Positions 62,648-64,000 of a DNA stretch of 64,000 nt are shown one piece after another; position 1 is the stretch's first letter, and each line of letters begins with the position of its first letter. The stretch covers positions 3,653-67,652 of the forward strand of contig JAHXGL010000001.1 of NCBI GenBank assembly GCA_019923655.1. Reading direction: 5' to 3'. The DNA is from Candidatus Nealsonbacteria bacterium. GTDB lineage: Bacteria > Patescibacteriota > Minisyncoccia > Minisyncoccales > RBG-13-42-11. The notes under the pieces are model-generated. The model worked only from the letters and a program-made list of their open reading frames with translations, did no database searches and had not been told where the DNA came from. Both the position numbers and the translations under genes were made by a program.

Positions 62648-64000
62648 TTAGTGTATTTCTTCCCTTTTCTCTTTTAGGAAATATCGCCATTGTTCCAAAA
62701 ATTCCACAAAAAGCTGAAAAGGCATATCAATTAAAGAGACAAATAAGAGCGCCAAAGCATTGTTTTTCGTCCACCAACAGGATAATCTTTTTCCTATTTG
62801 AACTATAGGTATAGAAAATAAGTCGCCCATAAAATGAAAAAATCCCTCTTTAGTTTCAATAATTTGCAATTCTTTAGATTTTTCTCTGAGTTTTATCCCG
62901 GCAAAAGCAATCAAAGAAATAAATACTAAAGAAGTTGCTTGGGTAATTATTGGCACTTGAAATTGCTGAAGAGCCCAGAGTATTAATCCGTAAGACAAGC
63001 AAAAACACAAAAAGTAAAAAAAAGTAATTATTGTTTTTAAGATAATACCCCTTTTGGGAGGAACCTTAATTTCGTAAACATCTTCTCTTTTGTTTTGGTA
63101 AACAATTTTCATTGTTTCCATGATTACCATTTGAAGATTTTCTTTTTTGGGAAGTTTGATAGTAAATATTAAAAAGAACATTAATAGAGTGGGACCAAGA
63201 ACGCTTATAAGGCGAGAAATCCATCCAAACGGCTGTCCCATGACAAATAAAGTGAAAGGAATTTCAAGAGCGTAAAGAACGAGCATATTGGTAAGAAAGA
63301 TAGATATTGTAGCATAGACAGCTGCTCTGCTAATTCTTGATTTAAGGGTTTTGGCTCTTTTGTTGTAGGATTCTTTGATTAGATTTTCCAATGTTTCGGG
63401 TTGAGAAATTTTTTGTTGAGCTTTTAATGGATCTTCAGTAAGAATATCGCCAAAGAGCAGATAGGGAGTGTCGTATCTTTCGCAAACCTTGTAGAATTTG
63501 TGTGATAGGGGATGGTTTAGTTCTTTGGTAATATTTGTCCATATCGCGTAAATGCGTTGAGCTATTTCTTGTTCTTGAAGATCAGGCAAAGAAAGAATTG
63601 ACCAATCAGAAAATTTCTTTTTCAATAGATGATAGCTAATTATTGGGGGATCTAATCTGAAAAGAGCTCTCTGAACCGCAATATAGATTTGAGTCCGTTT
63701 AGTCGTTTCTTTCAGTCCGCCAATAACAAAAAGACCCTCTTGCACTTTAATTCTTGCCTGCATTGCGTCTGTCATATAATCTATCAGGGCATTTTCTTTA
63801 ATAGGTGAAGAGAGAATTTCTTCTATTTCGCAAGCAGCGATTCCTAAAATCCAGCTATGAAGTTGGGACTTTTGTTTGGTGCGCGGCGGAATAGGGCTAT
63901 TTTCAAGTATAAAAATGTATTTATCTATCGTTCTTTGAATGTCTTGGATTTGGTTTTCAGGAACCGTATCATTTGGGAAATGTCCTCCCCTGATTAGCTC
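62648..64000 (-). CDS. Multi-pass membrane protein of unknown function (5'-partial; continues past the window edge)
   Basis: The track ORF is 62648..63775. Manual translation shows the frame stays open upstream to 64000 (ELIRGGHFPNDTVPENQ...ENALIDYMTDAMQ). Confidence 0.6.
   Translation of the reverse strand, partial: ELIRGGHFPNDTVPENQIQDIQRTIDKYIFILENSPIPPRTKQKSQLHSWILGIAACEIEEILSSPIKENALIDYMTDAMQARIKVQEGLFVIGGLKETTKRTQIYIAVQRALFRLDPPIISYHLLKKKFSDWSILSLPDLQEQEIAQRIYAIWTNITKELNHPLSHKFYKVCERYDTPYLLFGDILTEDPLKAQQKISQPETLENLIKESYNKRAKTLKSRISRAAVYATISIFLTNMLVLYALEIPFTLFVMGQPFGWISRLISVLGPTLLMFFLIFTIKLPKKENLQMVIMETMKIVYQNKREDVYEIKVPPKRGIILKTIITFFYFLCFCLSYGLILWALQQFQVPIITQATSLVFISLIAFAGIKLREKSKELQIIETKEGFFHFMGDLFSIPIVQIGKRLSCWWTKNNALALLFVSLIDMPFQLFVEFLEQWRYFLKEKREEIH

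Overview
The window is AT-rich with very tightly packed genes. It looks like a streamlined, CPR/Patescibacteria-like bacterial chromosome, but that placement is an inference from gene content and was not searched. The standard genetic code applies, because TGA ends conserved genes. All calls come from reading the ORF translations and the raw sequence by eye, with no database or folding runs. Most of the window is housekeeping: groL, secG, rnj, trpS, ychF, rpsF-ssb-rpsR, recA, ftsK, rpoB-rpoC, ftsH, an S1-domain protein, gyrA, gyrB, tsaD, pth, lepB, hisS, rpsU, pheST, secE-nusG-rplK, gatB, miaAB, and 9 tRNAs. A contiguous dTMP-synthesis cluster is also present: dcd, a long thyX, a second dcd/dut-family gene, tmk, and glyA fused to deoC. 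The accessory content has four parts. (1) Two type II restriction-modification cassettes lie next to a tRNA-Gly. The tRNA-proximal cassette is bracketed by an 88-bp direct repeat that re-creates the last 10 nt of the tRNA and contains a 49-bp perfectly identical GC-rich core. That core overwrites the 5' ends of two different HTH genes in two different reading frames. (2) A LAGLIDADG intein sits in gyrA. (3) Several families of short palindromic modules, mostly 32-33 nt and often in tandem pairs, sit in frame inside essential genes (rpoC, pheT, tsaD, the dut-like gene) or form the C-terminal tails of other ORFs. This resembles Rickettsia palindromic elements. (4) Other repeat families are present: heptamer inverted arrays, GCGAAGC-apex hairpins, and a 12-3-12 palindrome pair. 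Other items worth a second look are a roughly 233-nt candidate structured RNA upstream of ychF, a consensus promoter with a roughly 370-nt leader before rpoB, a tRNA-Phe with non-canonical D and T loops, and a tRNA-punctuated mRNA operon.
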